NCBI GenBank assembly: GCA_039798785.1
Contig: JBDKFG010000027.1
Location: 1-60,135, forward strand
Reading direction: 5' to 3'
DNA from: Verrucomicrobiota bacterium
GTDB lineage: Bacteria; Verrucomicrobiota; Lentisphaeria; Lentisphaerales; Lentisphaeraceae
Length of the DNA: 60,135 nucleotides
In this document: piece by piece, positions 19,712-28,729 of the stretch
Position numbering within the stretch: the stretch's first letter is position 1
How the letters are laid out: each line of letters opens with the position of its first letter
Translations under genes and position numbers: made by a program
Notes under the pieces: generated by a model
What the model saw: only the letters and a program-made list of their open reading frames with translations
What the model was told of the DNA's origin: nothing
Databases searched by the model: none

Positions 19712-19739
19712 GGAACATTTCGCTTGTTGGCGCCTCAAA
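19712..19739 (+). promoter_or_regulatory. Candidate ECF-sigma promoter GGAACat-N16-TCAAA
   Basis: -35 GGAAC at 19712-19716 and -10 TCAAA at 19735-19739 with sigmaE-like spacing, upstream of the Gfo/DUF1080 operon. Confidence 0.35.
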
Positions 19740-19833
19740 TCACTTCCTTCAAGCTGCCGAGCGGCCTAATTTCCCCATGACGCGGCCCAGGCCGCAGAAA
19801 CCCCAGACACAATGACAGCCCAGGAGATACATC

Positions 19834-21168
19834 ATGGCCTTTCGCGGATTCATCCCTTTCGCTTCCGACCGCCGCAGCTTCCTCAAAGCCGGCGCGATCG
19901 GGGCCGGCGCCCTGGCTCTCGGCGCCTCGGCCGCCGATGGTGACCCGGCCAAGCCTGCGATCAAGATCGCCCTGATCGGCTGCGGCGGCCGCGGCACCGG
20001 GGCGGCGATCAACGCCCTCGACGCCAACCCCAACGCCGTCATCTACGCTCTCGCCGATTACTTCGAAGACGCCGTCGCCAATACCGCCCAACGCTTCGCC
20101 AGCTTCGCCAAGCAGAGACCGAAACAGTTCGACATCGGCGAACGCAAATTCAGCGGCCTAGATGCCTTCCAGAAGGCCATTGACTCGGGCTGCGACATGG
20201 TGATCCTCGCCACGCCGCCCGGCTTCCGCCCGCCGCATTTTGAATATGCCGTCAAGCAGGGCAAGCACGTCTTCATGGAGAAGCCGGTCGCCGTCGACGC
20301 TCCGGGCATCCGACAAGTCCTCGCCGCCGCAGAAGAAGCGAAAAAGAAGAACCTTTACGTCGCCGTCGGCCTGCAGCGTCACCACCAGCACAACTACCTC
20401 GAAACCCTCGAGAAGATCAAATCCGGGGAGTTCGGAAAAATCGTCGCTGGCAACGTCCACTGGGTCGATTCCGGCGTCTGGACCCGCGACCAGCAGGGCG
20501 GCGAGTTCGAGTATCAGATGCGCAACTGGTACTACTTCAACTGGCTCTGCGGTGATCAAATCGCCGAGCAGCACATCCACAACCTCGACGTCTTCAACTG
20601 GTTCATCGGATCGACCCCGATCAAGGCCCGCGGAGTCGGCGGCCGCCAGGTCCGCACAGGACACAAGAAGTTCGGCGAAATCTACGATCACTTCGCCGTC
20701 CAATACACCTACGCCAACGGCGTCATCCTCAACTCCTACTGCCGCCACCACCCCAATTGCTGGAGCGACGTGTCGGAACAGATCGTCACCGAGAAGGCCA
20801 TCGTCGACGCCTCCGGCCGCATCAGCGACCATGACGGCAAGCAGCTGTGGCGCTTCAAGCCCGGCTCCCCCGCCGCCATCGAAAGCAACAAAAAAGGCGG
20901 CCACGCCTACGAATGGGTCGACTTGATGAACAACCTCGGGGCCGGCAGGATCCTCAATGAAGCCGAATACGGAGCTCATTCCACCCTGACCTCCATCCTC
21001 GGGCGGACCGCCGTCTACTCCGGACAGGAAATCAGCTGGGACAACATGCTCAAATCGGATTTCCGATACTTCAATCCCGAACTCGTCGCCCGCAAGGAAA
21101 CTATGGTCAAACCCGGACCCGACGGCCTCTATCCGATAGCCATCCCTGGCGTCACCAAATGCCTCTGA
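19834..21168 (+). CDS. Tat-exported Gfo/Idh/MocA oxidoreductase
   Basis: DRRSFLK Tat motif; IGCGGRG, ATPPGFRP, EKP, EQHIHNLD. Confidence 0.93.
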   Translation: MAFRGFIPFASDRRSFLKAGAIGAGALALGASAADGDPAKPAIKIALIGCGGRGTGAAINALDANPNAVIYALADYFEDAVANTAQRFASFAKQRPKQFDIGERKFSGLDAFQKAIDSGCDMVILATPPGFRPPHFEYAVKQGKHVFMEKPVAVDAPGIRQVLAAAEEAKKKNLYVAVGLQRHHQHNYLETLEKIKSGEFGKIVAGNVHWVDSGVWTRDQQGGEFEYQMRNWYYFNWLCGDQIAEQHIHNLDVFNWFIGSTPIKARGVGGRQVRTGHKKFGEIYDHFAVQYTYANGVILNSYCRHHPNCWSDVSEQIVTEKAIVDASGRISDHDGKQLWRFKPGSPAAIESNKKGGHAYEWVDLMNNLGAGRILNEAEYGAHSTLTSILGRTAVYSGQEISWDNMLKSDFRYFNPELVARKETMVKPGPDGLYPIAIPGVTKCL

Positions 21169-21191
21169 CCAGAAACCCAAGGAAAGCACGA

Positions 21192-22619
21192 ATGAAAATG
21201 CTGCACAGCTCACTCCTCGCCCTTTCGCTCTGCGCCGGCAGCCTCCAGGCCGAGGAATCCGCCCAGGCCGCCCCCGCCCAGGCCGCCGCCAATCCCGCCA
21301 TGTCCCTTTTCAACGGCAAAGACCTCAGCGGCTGGCACTCGGACGTGCCGGAAAAAGACCGCAATCCCGGCGTCCGCGACTCTTTCATCGTCCGGGACGG
21401 CAATCTGGTCTCGCTCGGCAGCCCCGGCGGCCACCTGATCACCGACGCGATCTACGAAAACTACCGCCTGGAAGTCCAGTACCGCTTCGCCGGCAAGCCC
21501 GGCAACTGCGGCGTCCTCGTCCACGCCTCCAAACCCCGCGCCCTCTACGGCATGTTCCCGCAGTCCATCGAATGCCAGATGCAGCACGGCATGGCCGGCG
21601 ACTTCTGGTGCATCGAAGAGGACATCGAAGTGCCCGACATGGAGAAGCGCCGCCCCAAGGGCAAGGACCAGAAGTTCGGCGGCGGCCCCAAGGACGCCCG
21701 ACACATCTTCAACCTCACCGACAACTCTGAAAAACCGCTCGGCGAGTGGAACACCATGATCATCGAGTGCAAGGCCGACACGGTCAAGATCTGGGTCAAC
21801 GGCGACTTGGTCAACGAAGGGACTAAATCGACCGCCGTCCGCGGCCAGATCGCCCTCCAGGCCGAAGGTTCTGAAGTCGAATTCCGCAAGATCGAACTGA
21901 CACGCCTCGACGAGCCGAAAGTCGTGAAGGCGCACGGATTCAAGGACACTCCCATCCTCCCTGGCACCCAGTGGCATGTACACGATCCCGACCGGCCCCA
22001 ACCGGTTCAGGTGAAAGGCGAGTGCCGGACGACTCCGCCTCCGGCGGACGCCAAGATTCTTTTCGACGGAAAGAATCTCGACGCCTTCACCAACGCCAAG
22101 TGGGAGATCAAGGACGGCGCCATGGTCGCCAAGCCGCGCGGCGGAGATCAGATCACCAAGGAATCCTTCGGCGACTGCCAGCTCCACCTCGAATTCATGA
22201 TCCCGAAATCCTGCTGCAAAGGCGACCAGTCCGGCAACTCCGGCGTCTTCCTGATGGGCTTGTACGAAATCCAGATCCTCAATGGCTGGGAATCCTACAC
22301 CTACGCCGACGGCACTGTCGGCGCCATCTATGGCCAGACTCCGCCCTTGGTCAAGGCCTGCAACCCGCCCGATGAATGGAATTCCTACGACATCACCTTC
22401 ACCGCGCCGAAATTCGACGCAGATGGCAAGATGCTCAGCCCGGCGAAATTCACCGCCCTGCTTAACGGCGTCCTAGTCCAGAATGGCACGGAATCGCAAG
22501 GCCCCTGCACCTACCGCAACCTGGCCAAATACAAGAAACACGCAGAGAAACTGCCCCTCAAGCTGCAGGATCACGGCGATCCCGTCCACTTCCGCAACAT
22601 CTGGATCCGCGAACTCTAA
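21192..22619 (+). CDS. Tandem DUF1080 (3-keto-disaccharide hydrolase family) protein
   Basis: Two domains (LFNGKDLSGW...QAEG..FRKI; LFDGKN..GNSGVF..YEIQIL..LQDHG..FRNIW); signal peptide. Confidence 0.92.
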   Translation: MKMLHSSLLALSLCAGSLQAEESAQAAPAQAAANPAMSLFNGKDLSGWHSDVPEKDRNPGVRDSFIVRDGNLVSLGSPGGHLITDAIYENYRLEVQYRFAGKPGNCGVLVHASKPRALYGMFPQSIECQMQHGMAGDFWCIEEDIEVPDMEKRRPKGKDQKFGGGPKDARHIFNLTDNSEKPLGEWNTMIIECKADTVKIWVNGDLVNEGTKSTAVRGQIALQAEGSEVEFRKIELTRLDEPKVVKAHGFKDTPILPGTQWHVHDPDRPQPVQVKGECRTTPPPADAKILFDGKNLDAFTNAKWEIKDGAMVAKPRGGDQITKESFGDCQLHLEFMIPKSCCKGDQSGNSGVFLMGLYEIQILNGWESYTYADGTVGAIYGQTPPLVKACNPPDEWNSYDITFTAPKFDADGKMLSPAKFTALLNGVLVQNGTESQGPCTYRNLAKYKKHAEKLPLKLQDHGDPVHFRNIWIREL

Positions 22620-22658
22620 GTCAACCAGATTCAGATTGAAAAATGTCGCGACGAAATG

Positions 22659-22686
22659 GCGGAAAGGCTCGGGCCTTTCCGCTTTT
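22659..22686 (+). terminator. Rho-independent terminator
   Basis: Perfect 10-bp stem GCGGAAAGGC-TCGG-GCCTTTCCGC followed by TTTT, 40 bp after the DUF1080 stop. Confidence 0.8.
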
Positions 22687-22830
22687 CGCTGTCTGCTTTC
22701 TGGAACCAAGACTAGCTTCAGCAATGCTGGCCTCAATCTGTACAGATGACTGTCGCTTCATTTCCTGATGTCATCAAACCTAGAAACCTAGATTCCACAC
22801 CTGAAGATTTTGGGGTTTAGTTTGTGCTTG

Positions 22831-22926
22831 ACTCCAACGGAGTCGGGGATTTCAGCCCAGGGTTGAGCCGCATCGGCGACACCTTGGGAATGAGACAGTT
22901 ATGAAATTTGGCCCCAAGGGGGTCGC
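22831..22926 (+). repeat. REP-like palindromic repeat, copy 2
   Basis: CCCAGGGTTGAGCCGCATCGGCGACACCTTGGG hairpin; core at 22865-22878. Confidence 0.75.
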
Positions 22927-23337
22927 GGAGCTTCGTGCTCAGGTGTGGAATCTAGGAGAAAACAAAGGTTTAATTTTAATAATTGAAAATCAAGGCATTA
23001 AGAACTCGCAAAATGGCCTTGCAGCCAATTTCGTCTCAACTTTGAAATTCAACAGGGGGCGAGGCTCGCCATTTTTGCAGTTACAAATTGCTCTTGTAGA
23101 TCTAGCTTCAAGCTAAAATCCGCCGTTGAGCAACAGACCCGGGTTGATAAGGTTGAAAGCTTAAAAAACAAGCCATTCAATCTTTGAAACTTGCAACCTT
23201 TCCACTGCAGTTTTTAGGCTGAAGGATCTTCTCAGCTTTTTCTCCCAAATGACACCTGCTCCTGCGGAAATTCTGACGCCGCAGATCTCGGATTTTTTGA
23301 TAGGTTTGGGCAAGCCCCAAATCATGGAGATCTCAAC

Positions 23338-24075
23338 ATGCTCCCAATCCCCTCTGAGCGCCGCTTCACCTTGCTTGAGCTCTTGGCAGTGATCGCCATC
23401 ATCGTCATTCTTTTCAGCCTCTTGTTCCCAAGCTATCGACATGCCAAACACCTAGCCAACAGCACCGTCTGTCTCAGCAAACTGAAACAATTGGACATGG
23501 CAACCAGGAGCTATGCAATGTCGAATCGAGCCACTCTACCAACTCTATCGTGGAGCGGCGGTGGTTATGCTCGCAATCTTTGGGACGTACCAGCTGCCTT
23601 CTGCCGCGCTGTGGCGGGCGAAGGCGGAAACGTCAGCGCTTTAATGTGCAGCTACAACTATTCTTACCGGAATGGAGTCATCACCCGAAAAAGCCCTGGC
23701 AGCATTCTTGGATTCAACGGAGCGCTGGATCTCAGCGGCAACGACAAGAGATATCTAGTGGGCTATAATTATTGGGCCATATCCTTCTCCGACAACCTGT
23801 ACGGGGACATCTGGGGGGATCGCAATACGGTCAACGGCTACATTCAAAAACCCCAGCTTGGCAGTCTGGATGCTACCAAAGCCCTGTGGAGCGACAATGC
23901 CCAAGCTAACGGCAACACCTTGGCCAACGGCTGGAACAGTGCCGCTTCCTTGCATGTCCTCAAAGGCTCTACCAACTGCGGCGTAGTTCTCGGAGATGGC
24001 AGCGGCTCATTGAAGCGCGAGGAGTCTCTGATCTACCGGCGCAACAGCGCCAATACCTGGTATAACTGGTACTGA
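23338..24075 (+). CDS. Prepilin-type N-terminal domain protein (type II secretion pseudopilin-like, H-Xn-DG C-terminus)
   Basis: RRFTLLELLAVIAIIVILFSLLFP, CLSKLKQL, C-terminal H...GDGS; RBS GGAG. Confidence 0.88.
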   Translation: MLPIPSERRFTLLELLAVIAIIVILFSLLFPSYRHAKHLANSTVCLSKLKQLDMATRSYAMSNRATLPTLSWSGGGYARNLWDVPAAFCRAVAGEGGNVSALMCSYNYSYRNGVITRKSPGSILGFNGALDLSGNDKRYLVGYNYWAISFSDNLYGDIWGDRNTVNGYIQKPQLGSLDATKALWSDNAQANGNTLANGWNSAASLHVLKGSTNCGVVLGDGSGSLKREESLIYRRNSANTWYNWY

Positions 24076-24079
24076 TGAC

Positions 24080-24727
24080 ATGTGGATGTCCCTGATCAGC
24101 ATCGCTATTATCGCGGGCGGCTTCTTTCTGAGGAAGTCCTGCCCTGTGCAAGGAAAACGATGTCTTGCCATCGGTCTCTTTTCGGCCCTGCTCATCCCCC
24201 TCTTCAGCGTCCTTGACGGCGAACCTGCCCCCTTGTTCGAACAGGAGAAGAGACTGACGATCCAAGCCGATCAGCATCTGGCGACGCTCCTCAGTCGCAA
24301 GTTGGGCAAAACTCAAATCAAGATCAGCTTGATTTGCCCATCGAATGAATCATCGCCGCGGTGGATCAGCATTTGCGCGGCCTTGGGATGCCCCAACCCG
24401 CAGATTCTGGTGCCGAATTCTCTCGCCAGCGGACAGAGCTTGAAAGCCAGGGATTTGGAGACCTGCCTGCAAAAAAGCGAAGGCAGCGAGTTAATCCTGG
24501 TCTGCTGCGGATTGCCCTGCGACGATGAGGAACTGGAGATCCCGGCGCGAGGCCACCAAATCGTCTTCCTCGGAGTCGACAACCCGGACAAGGTACAGGA
24601 CTTGATCGAAAAGGAATTGATCTCCGTCGTCGCACCTCGCCAAGGGGTGGCTAGCGGCGGCACATTCGCATCGCCGGAAGAGGCTTTCAATCATCGTTAT
24701 CAGATTCTCGGACCGCTTCATCCTTGA
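24080..24727 (+). CDS. Membrane-anchored partner of the prepilin-like protein (hypothetical)
   Basis: 4 bp after the pilin stop; two N-terminal hydrophobic segments; LILVCCGLP; resembles 4787..5467. Confidence 0.75.
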   Translation: MWMSLISIAIIAGGFFLRKSCPVQGKRCLAIGLFSALLIPLFSVLDGEPAPLFEQEKRLTIQADQHLATLLSRKLGKTQIKISLICPSNESSPRWISICAALGCPNPQILVPNSLASGQSLKARDLETCLQKSEGSELILVCCGLPCDDEELEIPARGHQIVFLGVDNPDKVQDLIEKELISVVAPRQGVASGGTFASPEEAFNHRYQILGPLHP

Positions 24728-25865
24728 CCACACCATCCGGCAGCGATGGCGGACGGTGCCGGGCCAAGGCTCGGTAGAGATTAGCCTTGTCGCCGAAACC
24801 GCTCTCCAAAGCGATGGCGGCGACGGTGAGCCCCGAATCACGCATCAAATGCTGCGCCAGATCGAGCCGCAAACGCATCAATTCGTCCCGCACAGTGCGC
24901 CCGAGAGACTGCCGGAATTCCTCTTGAAAGCGGCGCTCGCTCATTCCGGCACGTTTAGCCAGCTCGTCGACGTAGATCTTGCCCCGGAAATGCCGGCGGA
25001 GATGAAGCACCGCCTCGGCAAATGCCGCAGAGCTTGAGATGAAAGTGCTGGTGCTTTCTCGCATGACCACGCGCCGGGGGGGGACGCTTATGCTGATTCC
25101 CGGGTCGAGGATCTCTCCGGCGAGTTGCCGGGCCAGCAGCTCGCAAGCATGCCGAGCGACCGATTGAAGATCGGAATCCAAGGCCGTGACGCCGATCGGG
25201 GCATAGGCCAGATCTGAAGAATAATTCTCCGGCGCGATCACCGCAAGCCGCTGAGGAGCAGCGAAGCCGCATCCTCGGGCGGCATGAAGAACGTCAGTGG
25301 CGAAAACATCGGCTGAGACCATCACCCCCAGGGGCATAGGGAGCGTGGCAAGGATCTGGGCAATGTATTTTTCCCGGATCTCTCTGGAAAGGGTGTTGTA
25401 GTCGGCCGGCGGCGCCTGGGTAGTGAGATCAAAGCGATGAACCTGTCCGCCGGCAGCACGAATGGCGTTTTCAAAGCCGTCCCGCATGATCAAGCTTACC
25501 GGTCCGTCCCAGACGCGCAAAAAGGCGCAATTCCGGAAACCCTGATCCAACAGATGCAGAGCCCCCTGACGCCCTTGTTCAGCCTGATCAAAAAGCACGC
25601 TGGGCATCGCCCTGCCAGCGTCTTCACAGAGAATTCGGACGGATGGACGCGGGTTTTCCACCACCCATTGCCGGCATTCGTCGGTGCCGATGAGAAGAAG
25701 AAGCCCGTCAGTCTCGTCCGGATCGGGCAGGATGCCGTTGCGCCGACTGCAGAAACGCATCTTCCAGCCCCGCCGCGCCCCGTCGTTGATGACCGCATCA
25801 TGCAGGGCTGGGACATAGCGTTCCTGCAGGAAGCAGATGCGTGGCGAGGAAGGGCTGTGTTTCAT
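24687..25865 (-). CDS. XylR-type regulator (LacI-like + AraC HTH)
   Basis: LPMPLGVMVSAD, PRRVVMREST, GMSERRF, IALESGF. Confidence 0.87.
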   Translation of the reverse strand: MKHSPSSPRICFLQERYVPALHDAVINDGARRGWKMRFCSRRNGILPDPDETDGLLLLIGTDECRQWVVENPRPSVRILCEDAGRAMPSVLFDQAEQGRQGALHLLDQGFRNCAFLRVWDGPVSLIMRDGFENAIRAAGGQVHRFDLTTQAPPADYNTLSREIREKYIAQILATLPMPLGVMVSADVFATDVLHAARGCGFAAPQRLAVIAPENYSSDLAYAPIGVTALDSDLQSVARHACELLARQLAGEILDPGISISVPPRRVVMRESTSTFISSSAAFAEAVLHLRRHFRGKIYVDELAKRAGMSERRFQEEFRQSLGRTVRDELMRLRLDLAQHLMRDSGLTVAAIALESGFGDKANLYRALARHRPPSLPDGVVKDEAVRESDNDD

Positions 25866-25935
25866 CTCAAATCCAAGGTCGGATGAGGCGGTTTTAAACC
25901 ATCTACTCCGGACAGATGCAAAGGACCCGCACTCG

Positions 25936-27312
25936 TCACAGCCGCGCCGGCGCGAAGTCCTTGCGGTATTCGCGGCGGACGAGGAGGCGGTTGGCCTCGT
26001 CGTGGCCGGTGAAGCTCAGCGAGGCGCGGTCCCAGGCCAGGGTCTCGCCCGGGAAGCGCGCCGCCTTGACCGCCAGGATGCCGGGCTCGGTGCAGCACAG
26101 GCCGATCTCCAGGGGAGTCCAGTGGTTGCAGTCGGGGACGCCGTAGATCTTGTCGACCCAGGCATGCCAGTGGTTGAACTTGGCGAAGGCGGGCAGTCCC
26201 GGCATCTTCAGGCCCGGAGTCATGACGCCGTCGCGCCAGACTTCGATCGGGCCGCTGGCGCCGAGGACGAGGGTGCCGCCCTCGCAGACGATGACCGTGG
26301 TGTTCGCCCCGGGCTTGGTCTTGAGGCCGATGCTGGCGGGATCGGGGAACTCGCCGTTGTCGCGCATGTGCAGCGGGAAGACCTCGCCGGCGAAGTGCTT
26401 GCCGGAGACGGCGTATTCGACCACCGAATGGATCTTGCCGGAGTGGAAGACGCCGGCCTTGGGATCGGCCTCGGTGCGCACCCGCACCGGCGACTGCAGC
26501 TCGGGGAAGGCGAAGAAGAGGACGTCGCTGAGGTGGACGATCCAGTCGCCGACCATGCCGCCGCCGTAGTTCCACCAGCTGCGCCACTGGCGCTGCACCA
26601 TCTGGGGCCGGCATTCCTCGAACTGGGCGCCGCAGAGCCAGAGATCGTAGTCGAAGCCTGCGGGCGGAGCGATCGGGGCGCCGAGCTTGCCGTCGGCGAA
26701 GTAGTGGCCGCCGCTGACGGCGTTGCCGCCGAAACTGATGTGGGCGCTCTTGACCTTGCCGAGCAGGCCCTGGCGGAGGATCTCGACGGCGGCGCGGCGG
26801 GCCGGCGATTCGATGCGCTGGGCGCCGGTCTGGGTCACCAGGTCGCTGCGCACCTTGAGGGCGCGGCCCATGATGTCGAGCTCCTCGAGCTGCTGCACCA
26901 CCGGCTTCTGGCCGTAGAGATGCTTGCCCGCGGCGAGGGCGGCGCTCATGATCGAGCAGTGCGAGTGGTCAGGGGTGGAGACGAGGACGGCGTCAAACTG
27001 GTCCCCGTGTTTAGCGAAGGCCTCGCGGTAGTCCTTGACGGCGAACTGCACCGTCTTGGCGTACTTCGCCTTGGCGCGCTCCAGGGAGGGGGCGTCGACG
27101 TCGCACAGGCCGACGATGTCGACCTTGGGGTGGGAGGCGATCTGCTCTAGGTCGTGGCCGCCGATGGTACCCTCGACGCCGATGCCGAGGACGCGCAAGC
27201 GGCTGTTCTTGTTGAAGCTGCTGGTCGGGTAGGAGCTGCAGCTGATCATCGAGAGACCGGCGCCGAAGACGGCGGAGTGGCGGAGGAAGTCGCGGCGGTG
27301 GATCAGGTTCAT
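25936..27312 (-). CDS. Tat-exported Gfo/Idh/MocA oxidoreductase
   Basis: HRRDFLR Tat motif; LCDVD, STPDHSH, QKP, WRSWWNYGGGMVGDWIVH. Confidence 0.92.
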   Translation of the reverse strand: MNLIHRRDFLRHSAVFGAGLSMISCSSYPTSSFNKNSRLRVLGIGVEGTIGGHDLEQIASHPKVDIVGLCDVDAPSLERAKAKYAKTVQFAVKDYREAFAKHGDQFDAVLVSTPDHSHCSIMSAALAAGKHLYGQKPVVQQLEELDIMGRALKVRSDLVTQTGAQRIESPARRAAVEILRQGLLGKVKSAHISFGGNAVSGGHYFADGKLGAPIAPPAGFDYDLWLCGAQFEECRPQMVQRQWRSWWNYGGGMVGDWIVHLSDVLFFAFPELQSPVRVRTEADPKAGVFHSGKIHSVVEYAVSGKHFAGEVFPLHMRDNGEFPDPASIGLKTKPGANTTVIVCEGGTLVLGASGPIEVWRDGVMTPGLKMPGLPAFAKFNHWHAWVDKIYGVPDCNHWTPLEIGLCCTEPGILAVKAARFPGETLAWDRASLSFTGHDEANRLLVRREYRKDFAPARL

Positions 27313-27563
27313 CGATCTCTCCTTTGGATGTTTTTACGGTGATGGCAAGGACATCCGACTCATGAGGGCGCTCAGTGTTCCGAAGCTTTTTTCCGTTCTG
27401 TGCAACTCCGACTCAATCTAGCGCAGCTCATTTTTAACCGCAGAAAACGCAGAATACCGCAGCCGTTCTGGCGCAGAAAGCTCGCCGTCTGGATGCCATC
27501 CAGATCAGGCATCATGCAATCCATTGAACAGCGCGGGCGATCTTCAAGTGGACACCCGAGTCT

Positions 27564-28712
27564 TCAGCTTCTGAAGAGATTGACCAGCGCCGGCCCGATA
27601 TCTTCTACCGGGAGTTCGCGCTCGACCGCCCCGAGCTGCATCGCCACCTTAGGCATGCCGTAGACGACGCAGGAAGCTTCGCATTGCCCCAAAGTATGAG
27701 CTCCGGCCTGACGCATCTTCAAAAGGCCGTCCGAGCCGTCCCCGCCCATGCCGGTGAGAATGGCCCCGGCAGCCTTCGGGCCGCAGAGATTAGCCACCGA
27801 CTCGAACAGCGCCGTCACCGAGGGGCAATGGCCTTGCACCTTCGGCCCCTCGCGAAGGCAGATCAGCCAGCCTTCAGGAGAGTTTCTCAGCGTCATCTGG
27901 CGTTCACCGCCGGGAGCGATGTAGACGATGCCGTTGCGCACCAGCTCGCCGTCCTCAGCCTCCTTCACCCTGATCTGGCACTCGGCATCCATCCGGGCGG
28001 CGAACATCGCGGTGAACTTCGGCGGCATGTGCTGAACCACGACGGTGCCGGTGAATTCAGCCGGCAGGCGGGTGAACACCTCCCGCAGCGCTTCGGTGCC
28101 GCCGGTCGACGCGCCGATGGCGCAGATCCGTCGAGCTGCGGGATTTTTCGGCATCGGGCCGCGACTGGCCAGAGTGGCGAGAGGACGGAGCTTATGGGCA
28201 TCGGCGACTTGCACGCTCGGCAAGGATTGAGAGCTTCCAGGAGTCTGAGTCTGGGAGAGACTGGCAGCACCGGAATGCACCGCAGCAGCCCGGCGTTTCC
28301 ATTTGTCCAGATTGGCCTTCGAGGCCGCCTTGATCTTCATCGCCAACTCGCTGAGCATGGTTCCCAGCTCCGAGGGACTCTGTCCGGCGGGCTTGGCGAC
28401 AAAGTCGACCGCGCCAGCCATCAAGGCGTCGAGCGTTGTCTGGCTGTCGCGCTGGGTCAAGGCGCTGACCATGATCACCGGAAGAGGATAATGAGGCATC
28501 AAGCGTTTCAAGAATTCCACTCCGTTCATCTGCGGCATGTTGACGTCGAGAGTGACGACATCGGGGTGCAGGCTGAGGATCTTGTCCCTCGCGGCAAAAG
28601 GATCGTTGGCGGTGCCGACCACCTCGATGTACGGATCCTTGCTCAATCCGACCGAGAAGATCTGCCGGACGAGAGCCGAATCGTCGACAATCAAAACTTT
28701 GATCTTGGCCAT
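27564..28712 (-). CDS. cheB: Chemotaxis response regulator methylesterase CheB
   Basis: REC (VLIVDDS, TLDVNMP) + GASTGG, QHMP, LTGMGGDG, VYGMP; start ATG 28712. Confidence 0.96.
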   Translation of the reverse strand: MAKIKVLIVDDSALVRQIFSVGLSKDPYIEVVGTANDPFAARDKILSLHPDVVTLDVNMPQMNGVEFLKRLMPHYPLPVIMVSALTQRDSQTTLDALMAGAVDFVAKPAGQSPSELGTMLSELAMKIKAASKANLDKWKRRAAAVHSGAASLSQTQTPGSSQSLPSVQVADAHKLRPLATLASRGPMPKNPAARRICAIGASTGGTEALREVFTRLPAEFTGTVVVQHMPPKFTAMFAARMDAECQIRVKEAEDGELVRNGIVYIAPGGERQMTLRNSPEGWLICLREGPKVQGHCPSVTALFESVANLCGPKAAGAILTGMGGDGSDGLLKMRQAGAHTLGQCEASCVVYGMPKVAMQLGAVERELPVEDIGPALVNLFRS

Positions 28713-28729
28713 GAAATCACCTTTGTCCT

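Noticed and set aside
22960..23065. AT-rich tract resembling a mobile-element end (…TTGAAAATCAA…, …TTCAACAGG)
   Set aside because: No matching second end, target duplication or transposase visible
23250..23301. TGAC(A/G)C and CGGA-N6-TGA pairs upstream of the second prepilin gene
   Set aside because: 24-bp rather than 21-bp period and weak identity; not enough to call an operator
23161..23451. 96-aa minus-strand ORF
   Set aside because: Typical antisense shadow of the prepilin hydrophobic helix
27439..27478. CGCAGAA repeated three times upstream of the Gfo gene
   Set aside because: Irregular spacing (9 and 24 bp); could be chance
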